A DNA stretch of 64,000 nucleotides from Sedimentisphaerales bacterium (GCA_963708075.1 OY970194.1:4384001-4448000); one strand, 5' to 3'; positions 10,517-21,112 are shown, counted from the stretch's first letter. The notes: generated from the sequence alone by a model not told the origin. Numbers and translations are program-made.

Positions 10517-11752
10517 ATGAAGACGACTGAAATACGCAGGGGAGAATCGGACGGCAGGCTGGATGGGGCCCTCTTGATGATCTCGTACGAGGAGCTTGCA
10601 TCCCACAACGGCTTGAATACACGCATGAAGGGCATCGCACGGGAGCTGTCGGCGGCGGGACGACGCGTCGAGATCGCAGCGCCCTCGTACAGCGGCCGGA
10701 CCTTGGAAACGCCCGATCACTTTGCGGGCATACGCATCCACACGGTGCCCGTGCCCAACGTCTTCTCCAGATGGAGAATCCCCATCGTCACAAGGGTCCT
10801 GTCTGTCGCGCTGCTCACCCTGTGCATGGTGCGACGCCTTCGCCAAACCGCGGGTCCCTTCGCATGGGTCCAGTCGGAGCAGGTATATCCCTTCCCGGCG
10901 GCCTGCCTGCTCGCCCGCAAGTGGAAAGCCAGGACTATTCTCGATGACCCGTCGCTGTTAGGACTCTTCGTGGAAGAGAAACTCAGGCGCGGCCGTCTGC
11001 TGCGTCCCCTGCTCAAGAGGGCCGTCGAGCGCTTCGAGACCAGCCTCTGGCGGCGGGCGGACTGCATCCTGTGCTCCTCACAGCGCACCGCAGGCGCGAT
11101 CGGCAAACGGGTGAAGGGAGCGAAGACGACCGTATTGCGGATGTGCAACGGCGTAGATCTGAACGAGTTCACCCCCGGTCCCGGCGGCGGGCCCGGAAAC
11201 CGGCTCTTCTTCAATTGCAGCGTGCCCTACTATCAGAACATGGCGGCGCTGCGAAACTTCCTGAAGATCGTCGCACGCTTCGAGCAGGAGGCGTTTCGCA
11301 ACTACTCGGCCGTCATCGCCGTCAACGATGCAACGGCTCTGCCGGGCGATGTAACGCAGGAGATCGAGTCGAACCCGAGGGTGCGCCTGTTATCCAACGA
11401 GAAGTCACTGGTCCCGTGGCTGCATGAATCGGACCTGGTCCTGCTGCCCTACGAGAAGGGGCACCTGACGACGGCCGGACCCCGGCTCAAGGCGTTCGAG
11501 GCTTTTGCCTGCGGCAAAATCGTGCTCGGAACACAGGAGGGCCTCGACGAAATCCCCGGCTGCATCGACGGCCGCAACGTGATCCTCTGCTCCGACTGGC
11601 TCGACATGGCAGACAAAACGATGCATCTCATCACGGAAGGCGAGACCCCACGCAAACAGACGATCCGCAGCGAAGCGCGAAGGCTCGCGGAAACCGAGTA
11701 CTCGTGGCAGAGATTGGTGAAGGCGTACGATCCGATCCTCAATGGCAGATAA
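10517..11752 (+). CDS. Glycosyltransferase family 4
   Basis: NGVDL, DLVLLP, GPRLKAFEAFACGKIV, YSW C-terminus. Confidence 0.8.
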   Translation: MKTTEIRRGESDGRLDGALLMISYEELASHNGLNTRMKGIARELSAAGRRVEIAAPSYSGRTLETPDHFAGIRIHTVPVPNVFSRWRIPIVTRVLSVALLTLCMVRRLRQTAGPFAWVQSEQVYPFPAACLLARKWKARTILDDPSLLGLFVEEKLRRGRLLRPLLKRAVERFETSLWRRADCILCSSQRTAGAIGKRVKGAKTTVLRMCNGVDLNEFTPGPGGGPGNRLFFNCSVPYYQNMAALRNFLKIVARFEQEAFRNYSAVIAVNDATALPGDVTQEIESNPRVRLLSNEKSLVPWLHESDLVLLPYEKGHLTTAGPRLKAFEAFACGKIVLGTQEGLDEIPGCIDGRNVILCSDWLDMADKTMHLITEGETPRKQTIRSEARRLAETEYSWQRLVKAYDPILNGR

Positions 11753-11777
11753 TCGCGTCCGCAACAGAGGGGACTTT

Positions 11778-12896
11778 ATGCACATCGTCATGATGGGGTG
11801 CAGGGGAATTCCGGCAACCTACGGAGGCGTGGAGAAGGCGGTAGAGGAGCTTTCGGTCCGGCTGGCCAGGAAGGGCCACCGGGTGACTGTTCTGTGCAGG
11901 AGCCATTATACGCCGAAGATGAGCGAGTATGAGAATGTCCATATTGTCCGGCTCCCCACGATCCGCGAGAAGCACATCGAAATGATCCTCCATACCCTCC
12001 TGTCCACCCTGTACGTGAGCGTGAAATCGTGCGACCTCGTTCACATTCACAGCGTGGACCCGGCCATTGTCACGCCGCTCGTCAGATTGTTCCATCCCGT
12101 GGTCGCCACGTCGCATGGGCAGGCGTACCGAAGAGACAAGTGGGGCAGGATATTCAGAATGTTTTCCCGAATCGCCGAGCGGGTCTTCATTGCCACGCCC
12201 TCCAAGTGTACGGCGGTATCGAGGACCCTCTGCGACTTCTATGCCCGGAGGTACAACAAAACAGCACAGTACGTTCCCAACGGCGTGACGCCCCAGGAGC
12301 CTGTGGGGCCCGAGCCCATCAAGCAGTTCGGCCTCGACAAGGACAGCTACATCCTCTTCGTGGGAAGGCTGCTCGCCACCAAGGGGCCTAAGTTGCTCAT
12401 CGACGCCTATAAGAAGGTCAGGCCCAATCTGAAACTGGTGATCGTCGGCGGCTCGTCGCACACGGATACGTATGAGAAGATGCTCCGGAAAGAGGCGAGT
12501 GAGGACATTCTCTTCCTCGGCTACCAGTACGACGAGTGCCTCAAGGCCTTGTACTCGAATTGCCGGCTGTTCGTGTTTCCGTCGTCCATTGAAGGTCTGC
12601 CGCTGGTGCTGCTGGAGGCGCTGAGCTTCCAACGGCCGGTGTTGTTCAGCGATATCCCGGAGAACCGCGAGATCGCCGATGGGCTGGGGATCTCCTTCAA
12701 GAGCGGCGATGTGGATGATCTGGCTGAGAAACTGAGGTACGCATTATCCGACGCGAACCCGTTCAACACGCTCCTGCCGGCCATACCCGAGAGGTTATCC
12801 CGCGACTACAACTGGGATCGCGTCGTCGAGCAGTATACGAAGGTGTACCGGGACGCGCTGGCCAAGTGTGAAGTCAGTTCCGTGTCCATTGAGTAG
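11778..12896 (+). CDS. Glycosyltransferase family 4
   Basis: GCRGIPATYGGVE, LFVGRL, FVFPSSIEGLPLVLLEA, YNWD. Confidence 0.9.
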   Translation: MHIVMMGCRGIPATYGGVEKAVEELSVRLARKGHRVTVLCRSHYTPKMSEYENVHIVRLPTIREKHIEMILHTLLSTLYVSVKSCDLVHIHSVDPAIVTPLVRLFHPVVATSHGQAYRRDKWGRIFRMFSRIAERVFIATPSKCTAVSRTLCDFYARRYNKTAQYVPNGVTPQEPVGPEPIKQFGLDKDSYILFVGRLLATKGPKLLIDAYKKVRPNLKLVIVGGSSHTDTYEKMLRKEASEDILFLGYQYDECLKALYSNCRLFVFPSSIEGLPLVLLEALSFQRPVLFSDIPENREIADGLGISFKSGDVDDLAEKLRYALSDANPFNTLLPAIPERLSRDYNWDRVVEQYTKVYRDALAKCEVSSVSIE

Positions 12897-12923
12897 CCGG
12901 CAAGTGGATCTCACTTCAAAGGC

Positions 12924-15023
12924 ATGGATGTTATGCTTGCAGCAAGAACGCTTGCACTCTTCTCGATGCTGTGCCTCCTCCCCAGACCATGCGCCTGTCT
13001 CGGGCAAACGCCCCAAGTGCTGTTCATCACTCCCGGCAGTCCTGGCGCCGAGTGGCCGACAATTACCGCTCTTTGCGATCTCTATGGACTGACTTGTGGC
13101 TGGCGCTCCCCAACGCAAGCGGCCGCGGAGCTGAGTCCCTCCAAGACGGACAGACAAGCCACTCTGGCCGCCATTGTAGAGGCTTCCATTCCCGGTCCCA
13201 CGACATCCCGGTCCGATGTCACGGCCCTGTGGAAGTCCCTGCGAGCCGCCCGTATACCTGTTCTCATACTATCCACGCGGCCTTCGATGCTGTCTGTGCC
13301 CGATCCTAATGGATCGAGCGTATTCGCCAGTCTTCAGCTTGTCCGCCTGGAGAAGAAGCTGTCGTCCTGGCAAACCACACAGGCAAACCAGACGCTGATG
13401 CGGGAGCTCACGGCAGTATCAGCCGGGATCCGGCACAACGCACAGTCGAGCACGATCGTCCTCGGTTCGGCCAGCCCCGACAACAGGGTCGTACCCCTCA
13501 TGCTGGTCCGGTCCACGGATGGAACTTCGTATCCCATCTACAGCGAGATCAAAGGCACGGAGGGTCTCGTCTTCTGTGCCGCGTTCAGCCATCCTGTACC
13601 GGACGGCGGGTTCGTATTCGACCCTGAGAAGGATGGGAATCTCATCAGCATCATTCCCCTTCTGACCTTCCTGCGGTTTGCCGGCGGACCGTACTGCTGG
13701 CATCGCGGCTCGGACTGCGCCAATCTGACCATCGACGATCCCTGGCTGACGGAGCCGTACGGATTCCTCAATTACAGGGGTCTGCTGGCGCAGATGCGAA
13801 AGGCCCGCTTCCACACCACGATTGCATTCATCCCGTGGAACTACGACAGGAGCAGCGACAAGGTGGTGGCGCTCTTCCGGGAGCATCCGAAGCACTACTC
13901 CATCTGCATTCATGGAAACAATCACGATCGCTGGGAGTTCTACAAATATCACACGATCCCGGCAGATCCGCTGCCGGCCAAGCCTCTGCCTGTCCAGGAA
14001 GCTAACATCCGGCAGGGCCTTACCCGCATGGAGCAATTCAGGCAACTGACCGGCCTGGACTTCGATCCGGTCATGGTCTTTCCTCAGTACATCGCTCCCC
14101 TGGAGACCTTCGGGCTGCTGAAAAAATACAATTTCCTGATCACCTCAAACGCCACGAACATCCCCCTGAATCTTGATCCGCCGCCGGACCCCGTTTTCCA
14201 CCTTCGGTCGGTCACAGACTACTACGAAGACTTTGCCAGCGTGATAAGGTATCCGCCGGCCGACAGATCTCGGGCCGCCATCGCTCTCGACCTGTTCCTC
14301 GACAACCCGGTCCTGTTCTTCGAGCATCACACATTATTTCGGCGTGGAATAGACGCATTCAATAAGACTGCGGAGATGGTGAACGCCCTTCAGCCCGACA
14401 CGAAATGGACCAGCCTGGGCGATACGGCGCGGCACTCGCATCTGCAGAGAAGTCGTCCCGACGGCAACCTTGATATCCGGGCCTTCTGCCGAAGCATCGA
14501 CCTGGAGAACGACCAGCAACATGAGCTGACCTGTTTTGTGGAGAAAGCGGAGACACTGGACGTACCGATCCGGCATGTGCTTGTCGATGGCGCGCCTCAT
14601 ACGTATACCGTCTCCGATGGGCGACTCCGTCTCACGGTCGAGGTAGCATCGCATCAATCCCGTCGTATCGACATCGAATACGAGGACAACTTCCAGGTTG
14701 CACAGGCGGATATCGCGAAGAACGATCCTCGCGTGAACCGCATTCGCGCTCTCTCGGATTTGAGGGATTGCACCCTGATGCGAAATGTGGTGACGAGGTC
14801 GGTGGTCAGCTTCTACTACGCAAGCATGTTGTACCGGCTCGGTCTCAAAGGGGCCGCGGTCGTGTGTTTCATCGTTGCCGTCGCGGCAGCTATCGGCGGG
14901 TGGAGGCTGCGGAGATGGATGAGCCGGCGAGCTCAGCGAATGGAGATTCGACCCACTCCACCACGCGCGGCAGGAGCTATCCCTGCGAAGCAAGGACTTG
15001 AGCAGGCGCCGAATCGCACCTGA
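12924..15023 (+). CDS. Secreted/membrane-anchored polysaccharide-deacetylase-like (NodB-type) protein
   Basis: N-terminal signal-like segment, LTIDDP, IHGNNH metal motifs, C-terminal TM helix followed by a basic tail. Confidence 0.55.
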   Translation: MDVMLAARTLALFSMLCLLPRPCACLGQTPQVLFITPGSPGAEWPTITALCDLYGLTCGWRSPTQAAAELSPSKTDRQATLAAIVEASIPGPTTSRSDVTALWKSLRAARIPVLILSTRPSMLSVPDPNGSSVFASLQLVRLEKKLSSWQTTQANQTLMRELTAVSAGIRHNAQSSTIVLGSASPDNRVVPLMLVRSTDGTSYPIYSEIKGTEGLVFCAAFSHPVPDGGFVFDPEKDGNLISIIPLLTFLRFAGGPYCWHRGSDCANLTIDDPWLTEPYGFLNYRGLLAQMRKARFHTTIAFIPWNYDRSSDKVVALFREHPKHYSICIHGNNHDRWEFYKYHTIPADPLPAKPLPVQEANIRQGLTRMEQFRQLTGLDFDPVMVFPQYIAPLETFGLLKKYNFLITSNATNIPLNLDPPPDPVFHLRSVTDYYEDFASVIRYPPADRSRAAIALDLFLDNPVLFFEHHTLFRRGIDAFNKTAEMVNALQPDTKWTSLGDTARHSHLQRSRPDGNLDIRAFCRSIDLENDQQHELTCFVEKAETLDVPIRHVLVDGAPHTYTVSDGRLRLTVEVASHQSRRIDIEYEDNFQVAQADIAKNDPRVNRIRALSDLRDCTLMRNVVTRSVVSFYYASMLYRLGLKGAAVVCFIVAVAAAIGGWRLRRWMSRRAQRMEIRPTPPRAAGAIPAKQGLEQAPNRT

Positions 15024-15086
15024 CATCAGGCTGCGTGCTGAGACGCGGCCGTTTGCTGGACCTGAGGAAGACTGTCTGCTGTGGAG

Positions 15087-16181
15087 ATGGCTGGAACGAT
15101 GAGTGATCCATTCCGCCCGGAGTTGTCGCACGAGTTCTACTCTCGGATGTACCTGATCCGAACCGTGGAGAGCTCCCTGCTGGAACTGTTTGGCCGTGGT
15201 GCGATTACGGGAACCGTCCATACCTGTATCGGCCAGGAGGCCTGTGCCGTCGGCGTCGTGGACGCATTGGACAAGCATCGCGACGTCCTGTTCTCGAATC
15301 ATCGCGCTCACGGCCACTACATCGCTTACTGTGACGACGTGGAGGGCCTGATCGCGGAAATCATGGGCAGGAAGTCCGGCGTATGTGGAGGGACCGGCGG
15401 CTCACAGCATCTTCACAAGCACAACCTGTACACGAACGGGATTCAAGGCGGCATCGTTCCCAACGCGGTGGGCGCCGCCCTGGCCGCCAAGAAGCTGGGT
15501 ACCGGGGCGATCTCCGTTGTCTTCGTGGGAGACGGCACGATGGGCCAGGGCGTCGTCTACGAGAGCTTGAACGTGGCGTCGCTGTGGTCTCTGCCTGTTC
15601 TGTTCGTGCTGGAGGACAACGGATACGCGCAGACAACGCCGAAACACCTTGCCCACGCCGGGCATCTGACCGATCGCGCCAGAGCGTTCAACGTGGACGT
15701 ACAGGCAGTGGCCGCTGACGATGTTTTCGTTGTGCACGCAGCAACCGCCGAAGCGGTGAAGCAGGTGCGGGAAGCCCAACGCCCATTCTTCCTTTCGCTG
15801 AGCACGTATCGCTTGTCACCGCACAGCAAAGGCGACGATTTCCGCAGTGAGGCGGAGATCGAGTCGTATCGCGCCAAAGATCCGCTCTCGCGGTTGGCGA
15901 TGCGGATACCGGACGACGGGCGGCTTGTCATTGAGGAGCGGGCACGACAGCGAGTCCGCCGGGCGATTGAGCTGGCGCAGGAATCGGCTCCGGCAGACCC
16001 TCTTACTCCCCTGGACGGAGCATATGATGAAGCCACTGATGTACCTGGAGGCGATTCGAGGCTGTCTGCACACGTTGATGGAGGAAGATTCCGCGATCAT
16101 CCTCCTGGGCGAGGACTTGCTGGATCCGTACGGCGGGGCCTTCAAAGTGACCCAGGGGCTGTCGACGCGCTTCCCCGATAG
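15087..16181 (+). CDS. ThDP-dependent 2-oxoacid dehydrogenase E1 alpha-like subunit
   Basis: GTVHTCIGQEA, HRAHGH, GGSQH, GDG...DNGYA ThDP motif, YRLSPHSKGDD. The 3' end is uncertain (158-nt overlap with the beta gene). Confidence 0.9.
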   Translation: MAGTMSDPFRPELSHEFYSRMYLIRTVESSLLELFGRGAITGTVHTCIGQEACAVGVVDALDKHRDVLFSNHRAHGHYIAYCDDVEGLIAEIMGRKSGVCGGTGGSQHLHKHNLYTNGIQGGIVPNAVGAALAAKKLGTGAISVVFVGDGTMGQGVVYESLNVASLWSLPVLFVLEDNGYAQTTPKHLAHAGHLTDRARAFNVDVQAVAADDVFVVHAATAEAVKQVREAQRPFFLSLSTYRLSPHSKGDDFRSEAEIESYRAKDPLSRLAMRIPDDGRLVIEERARQRVRRAIELAQESAPADPLTPLDGAYDEATDVPGGDSRLSAHVDGGRFRDHPPGRGLAGSVRRGLQSDPGAVDALPR

Positions 16182-17034
16182 GGTCCTCGCAACGCCCATC
16201 TGCGAGGCCACCATCGTAGGGCTGGGGGTCGGGGCGGCTCTCCAGGGTCTGCGGCCCATCGTGGAAGTGATGTTCGGTGATTTCCTGACCCTGGCGTGCG
16301 ACCAGATCGTCAATCACGCGGTCAAGTACCAGCAGATGTATGGCTGCAGGGTCGAGGTCCCGCTGGTCATCCGGACCCCCATGGGAGGCGGGCGCGGCTA
16401 TGGACCCACGCACAGCCAGAGCATCGAGAAGCTTTTCCTTGGAGTCCCGGGACTCAGCGTGGTGTCTCCCTCGCTTTTCCACGATGCAGGCGAGTTACTC
16501 AGACAAGCGGTGGATCGTCGCAGGGTGGTGCTATTCCTCGAACATAAGCTGCTCTACCCCGAGCGGCTGATCCTGGAATCGACGGGCGGTCTGTGGCATG
16601 AAACGACGCCGGAAGCTTCGGGATTTCCCACCGTCGTGATCAGGAATTTTCGAGACTCGACTCCGGATGTGACCTTGATCTGTTATGGCGGGATCAGCCG
16701 CATGATTCCGCAGTTGCTGGCGGACATGGCCCGGGAGGAGATCAGGGTCGAAACGTGTCTGCCGGCCTGTCTTCAACCCCTGCCTGTGGCCACGATGGTC
16801 TCTCTGGTGCGACGGAGCAAGAGAGCGGTGGTGATTGAGGAAGGCACGACAGGGTACGACTGGGGGGCGGAAGTGAGCAGTCAGTTGCACAAGTACCTGT
16901 GGGGCGTCCTGGAGCGCCCCGTCGCACGGGTGGGCTCGCTGCCTACCGTGATCCCGACATCGAGGGAAGCCGAGGAGCGTATGCTGGTTTCTCAGGAGAC
17001 AATCAGTACTGCCATATTGGAGGTGTTGCAGTGA
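16024..17034 (+). CDS. 2-oxoacid dehydrogenase E1 beta-like subunit
   Basis: GED...GGAFKVT.GL, TPICE, RPIVEVMFGDF, DQIVN, GPTHSQ, EHKLLY. Confidence 0.9.
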   Translation: MMKPLMYLEAIRGCLHTLMEEDSAIILLGEDLLDPYGGAFKVTQGLSTRFPDRVLATPICEATIVGLGVGAALQGLRPIVEVMFGDFLTLACDQIVNHAVKYQQMYGCRVEVPLVIRTPMGGGRGYGPTHSQSIEKLFLGVPGLSVVSPSLFHDAGELLRQAVDRRRVVLFLEHKLLYPERLILESTGGLWHETTPEASGFPTVVIRNFRDSTPDVTLICYGGISRMIPQLLADMAREEIRVETCLPACLQPLPVATMVSLVRRSKRAVVIEEGTTGYDWGAEVSSQLHKYLWGVLERPVARVGSLPTVIPTSREAEERMLVSQETISTAILEVLQ

Positions 17035-18209
17035 TGAATCGATCCATCGTGCTTCTTCCTCGTATTAGCCCGAACGAGGATGCGGCGATCATCATCGAAT
17101 GGACCAAATCCGAGGGGGATCACGTACGCGCGGGGGAAGTGGTCTGCGCGGCGGAGACGACGAAGTCCCTCTTCGATGTGGAGGCGGATGCGGAAGGCTA
17201 TCTGTTCATCCTGATGCAGGCGGGGGCTGAGGCCGCCGTCGGACAACCACTGGCCGTCATTTCCAGCGACCAGCATGACACGCCGGAGGCAATCCACGCA
17301 TGGATCGCCAGTACGGCATCCCCATCGGCTTCGCCGTCCGATACGAGAGCGGAGCGGACCTGGACACAGAAGGCGGAGCTCCTTGCGCACCGTCACGGGA
17401 TCGATCTGGCCCAGGTGCCATCAAGCGGAGGAAGAATCGGCGAGTCGGATGTCCTGGCCTACCTGGAAAGCCGAGCGGGCCGACCCGCCGCGGCCGCACA
17501 GGAACATCGGGACATCGTGGATGGCACGTACCAAACCGGACGAGTGGATCGCCTGCTCATTGTCGGCGGCGGGGATGGCGCGGTGCAGCTCCTGGATGCC
17601 ATTTTCAAATCAGGCAAGCAACGTGCAGTGGCTATCCTGGACGACAACGCGAGCTTGCACGGCAAGACCATCATGGGGGTGCCTGTCGTCGGGCCGATTC
17701 AGGAAGACCTGGTGGCCGGCATGCTGGAGAAGGACGAATTCGATCACGCCGTGATTTCCATCAGTACGCTCATCCCGCTTCGCCGACGGATTTTCGAGCA
17801 ATTGACGCGCAGAGGCGTGCCCTTTGCAAATGTGATTCACCCCACCGCCTGCATCGGCGCCAATGTGAGCATTGGCCGCGGGAACGTCATCCTCGGCTTC
17901 TGCCATATCGGGGCCTGCGCCACCATCGGCGACAACAACTTCCTCAGCGCATACGTGAGCATCGAGCATCACAACGAGATTGCCAACCACTGCAGCTACG
18001 GACCTGCGGTGGTGGCGTCGAGCCGGGTCAAGGTGGGCGACTGCACCCGTTTCGGAACGGGCGTATTCATGGAGCCCAAGATCAGCATCGGAGCCAATTC
18101 GGTGATCGGCTCCGGCTGCATCCTGCGAGGCAACGTCCCCGCCGATTCGGTGGTCCGGACCCAATTGAACTACGTGACACGACCATTAAGACCAATCGAG
18201 CAACCATAG
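17034..18209 (+). CDS. Fusion: lipoyl domain + E3/peripheral-subunit-binding domain + PglD/NeuD-type hexapeptide acyltransferase
   Basis: EGDHVRAGEVVCAAETTKS (lipoyl Lys); AELLAHRHGIDLAQVPSSGGRIGESDV (PSBD-like); LLIVGGGDGA..ILDDN..GVPVVG (PglD N-domain); NVIHPTA and hexapeptide repeats with SIEHH. GGAGG RBS. Confidence 0.8.
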   Translation: MNRSIVLLPRISPNEDAAIIIEWTKSEGDHVRAGEVVCAAETTKSLFDVEADAEGYLFILMQAGAEAAVGQPLAVISSDQHDTPEAIHAWIASTASPSASPSDTRAERTWTQKAELLAHRHGIDLAQVPSSGGRIGESDVLAYLESRAGRPAAAAQEHRDIVDGTYQTGRVDRLLIVGGGDGAVQLLDAIFKSGKQRAVAILDDNASLHGKTIMGVPVVGPIQEDLVAGMLEKDEFDHAVISISTLIPLRRRIFEQLTRRGVPFANVIHPTACIGANVSIGRGNVILGFCHIGACATIGDNNFLSAYVSIEHHNEIANHCSYGPAVVASSRVKVGDCTRFGTGVFMEPKISIGANSVIGSGCILRGNVPADSVVRTQLNYVTRPLRPIEQP

Positions 18210-18231
18210 GAGACCGCAAAGGAGGAGTCAT

Positions 18232-19378
18232 ATGATGCATGTACCGCTTCTTGACCTCGGTGCACAGTACAGGTCGATTCGTGACGAGCTTACCCCGGCC
18301 CTGCAAAGTGTGCTGGAGAGCACAGCGTTTGCGGGCGGGCCGTTTGTGGCCACGTTCGAGAAGGAGTTCGCCGCCTACTGCGGGTGCGAGCAGGCCCTCG
18401 GGGTCAGCAGCGGCACGTCCGCGCTCTGGCTTGCCCTTGTCGGACTCGGCGTAGGGGCCGGCGACGAGGTCATCACGACCCCGAATACATTCATCGCCAC
18501 AGCCGAAGCCATCAGCTTCTGCGGCGCTACCCCGGTGTTCGTCGATGTGGACCCTGAGAACCTGTACGATGGACCCGGACCTTCTGGAGCCCGCGATCAC
18601 TTACCGCACAAAAGCTATCATTCCCGTTCATCTGTACGGTCAACCAGCGGACATGGACCCGATCCTCGCCGTGGCCAGGCGCCACGGGCTGCTCGTCATC
18701 GAGGATGCCTGCCAGGCACACGGGGCCGAGTACAAGGGCCGAAAGGCCGGCACACTCGGCGACGCAGGCTGCTTCAGTTTCTACCCGGGCAAGAACTTGG
18801 GAGCCTACGGCGAGGCGGGCGCGGTGGTCACGAACGATGCCGAACTGGCCCAGAAGATCCGCATGCTTCGCGACCACGGCCAGAGCGAGAAATACAAGCA
18901 CGCCGTGATCGGCTGGAATGACCGCATGGACGGCCTGCAGGGCGCGGTCCTGAGCGTCAAACTCAGGCATCTCGACGAGTGGAACGATGCCCGACGGGAG
19001 CGCGCCGGTTTCTACGACGAGCTCCTGGAGGATTTGCCGCACATCGTGCTTCCCCGCGAGGCCCCCTATGCCCGGCACGTCTACCATATCTTCGCCGTCC
19101 GCGTGCCGAATCGGGACAAATTCCTTGCAGCACTGAATAATTGGGGCATCGGATGCGCGATTCATTATCCCGTGCCCATCCACCTCCAAAAGGCCTACGA
19201 ATTCCTCGGCTATCGAAAGGGCAGCTTCCCCGTAGCGGAGAGAATCGCCCAGGAGGTCCTCTCCCTCCCCATGTACCCCGAGATGACGATACGACAACTG
19301 GAGACGGTCGCCGATGCGCTCGCATCTCTGCTGAGAACGCGGGAGTTCTCCGCCCCGACCCCGGCTCATGCCATATAG
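18232..19378 (+). CDS. DegT/DnrJ/EryC1/StrS PLP-dependent sugar aminotransferase (frameshift ~18559)
   Basis: N-terminus in ORF 18232 (SGTSAL, GDEVIT.PNTFIAT); C-terminus in ORF 18545 (PVHLYGQ, IEDACQAHG, SFYPGKNLG). One extra base near 18559. Confidence 0.9.
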
Positions 19379-19384
19379 CCGCGC

Positions 19385-21112
19385 TTAGCGGGCGGGGAAA
19401 CGCAGCAGGGTGATGCTCAGCGGGGCCACCTGCAATGAAGGGTCGTGGCGCACCGGCTGTTCCACAATCTTCACCTGTTCGCCGCCATTGTCGTTGGTCC
19501 ACGAGGGATCGACCTTCCACATCGCCTCGGCCACCTGATTATGCTTGAGCGTGTACTGGCTCAATTGCATGAAGCCCAATTGCCAGGGGCCCCACATCTC
19601 ATTTCCCACGCACCAGTACTTCACGCTATACGGCTTGGCATGGCCATTCTTCGCGCGCCAACTTCCGCCGACCGTATCGGCCGACCCGTTACAGTATTCG
19701 ACCTCTTGAGCGGCCGAATAGGCATCGCCGAAGCCGGTATTCACTGCGATCACAGGCTCGGTCCCCACCTCGCGGCAGAAATCGATGAACTCATCCAGCC
19801 CGAAATCGTTGTGCTCGACGCCGGTCCATGCGGGGTTCTTGCGAGGCGGCCGACGGTCGCGGTCGCCGATGCCGTCACGCCAGTCGTAACCGCTGACGAA
19901 ATTACCGCCGGGCCAGCGATACATCGTCCCGCCGAGTTGCCGGAGCCGCTTGAGCGTGTCGGCCCGCATGCCACGGATGTTGTCGGCGAGCATGAGGGAG
20001 GCTGTGCCGATCAGCACCTCGCCTCGTGTGACACGGATCTCCAGCATCGCCTTGTCCGCATCTGCACCGGCGGTGAATTTCAATGGATGCTTGCGGTACT
20101 TGCGATTGAGGCCGTCGATGCGAATGGTCTTACGGGCATTGGCCCCCTCGCCCCAGACCAGCGTGACATCCACCGAGGCCGTGGACCTCGGCGCAGCCAG
20201 CCAGATATAGCCAACGTAGTCTTTGCCCTTCACAACGCCCAGGTCGCGCTGTCGAAGGCCAGCGCCGGAGCGGACCTGGGGCGTGTGCTTGCCCACAAAC
20301 GGGTCCTTCTCCACCATGGTCACCGCCTCCGCCGGCCCGATGATCTCCCATGGCGACGCACCGACGACCGGGAACGGCGTATCCGTCAACTCGCGGTAGG
20401 GCTTGTACTCGGCGGTGATCGGGAAGTAGAACTTGCGGTCTTCGAGCATCTCGGCCCAGATGCCGCCGTAGATGCACCGGCCCAGGTGCTCGATGAATTG
20501 GCCGTAGATGAACGGGTTGATCGGCGAGCCTGAACGATCCGTACGAAGCGTCACAACAGGCACAAAGCCCGTCAGGTCGAGCTTCTCCAGACTGACATCA
20601 TCGAACCACGCCTGTCCCGTGGATTGGCCCCAGCCGCCGAGGAGGCAGTGGACGCTGATCTGACGCTGGTCGCCGGTGCGCACCAGGCTCTCAACACGAG
20701 TCCACCCTGCGGAGCCTGTGACGGCGGTTGTACGGGCACTCCCCTGCAACTCATGGACATTCAGCAGCGCTCCACGTCCGGACCCACTCTTGAGGCCCTC
20801 GGTTCGAATCCAACCCGAGAGTCGATACGTGCTGTTCGGCTCCACCTCGATCCTGGCCACCCAACACACGTCTCCGCCTTTGTCGGACCGAATCGTGACA
20901 CACTTGCCGCCCGTTCTGCCGCCATCGACGCAGCGGAACCGGCCCTCGCCGCCCCATGTGTGCGGGGTCCACCCGATCGGCTGATCACCACCCTGCTCGA
21001 ACGAGGGGTTGGGCAGGAGATTCGGCCCTTGCGCGGAAACGGACACGGTGGGCACACTCTGCGATAGCAGCATTGTGACGAGCCATCCGATGGTACAGCA
21101 CATCTGTCTCAT
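19385..21112 (-). pseudogene. Secreted CBM-like + GH51 alpha-L-arabinofuranosidase with a large in-frame internal deletion
   Basis: AGGAGG RBS and signal peptide; NLLPNPSFE CBM4/9-like domain; IYGQFIEHLGRCIYGG, RWPGGNF, WCVGNE. Jumps from KVDPS straight to a C-terminal strand (VAPLSITLLRF); no nucleophile (DEW-type) region. Confidence 0.7.

Noticed and set aside
15087..18209. Housekeeping pyruvate/acetoin dehydrogenase operon
   Set aside because: The E2-like gene lacks the CoA acyltransferase domain, there is no E3, and the context is polysaccharide biosynthesis.
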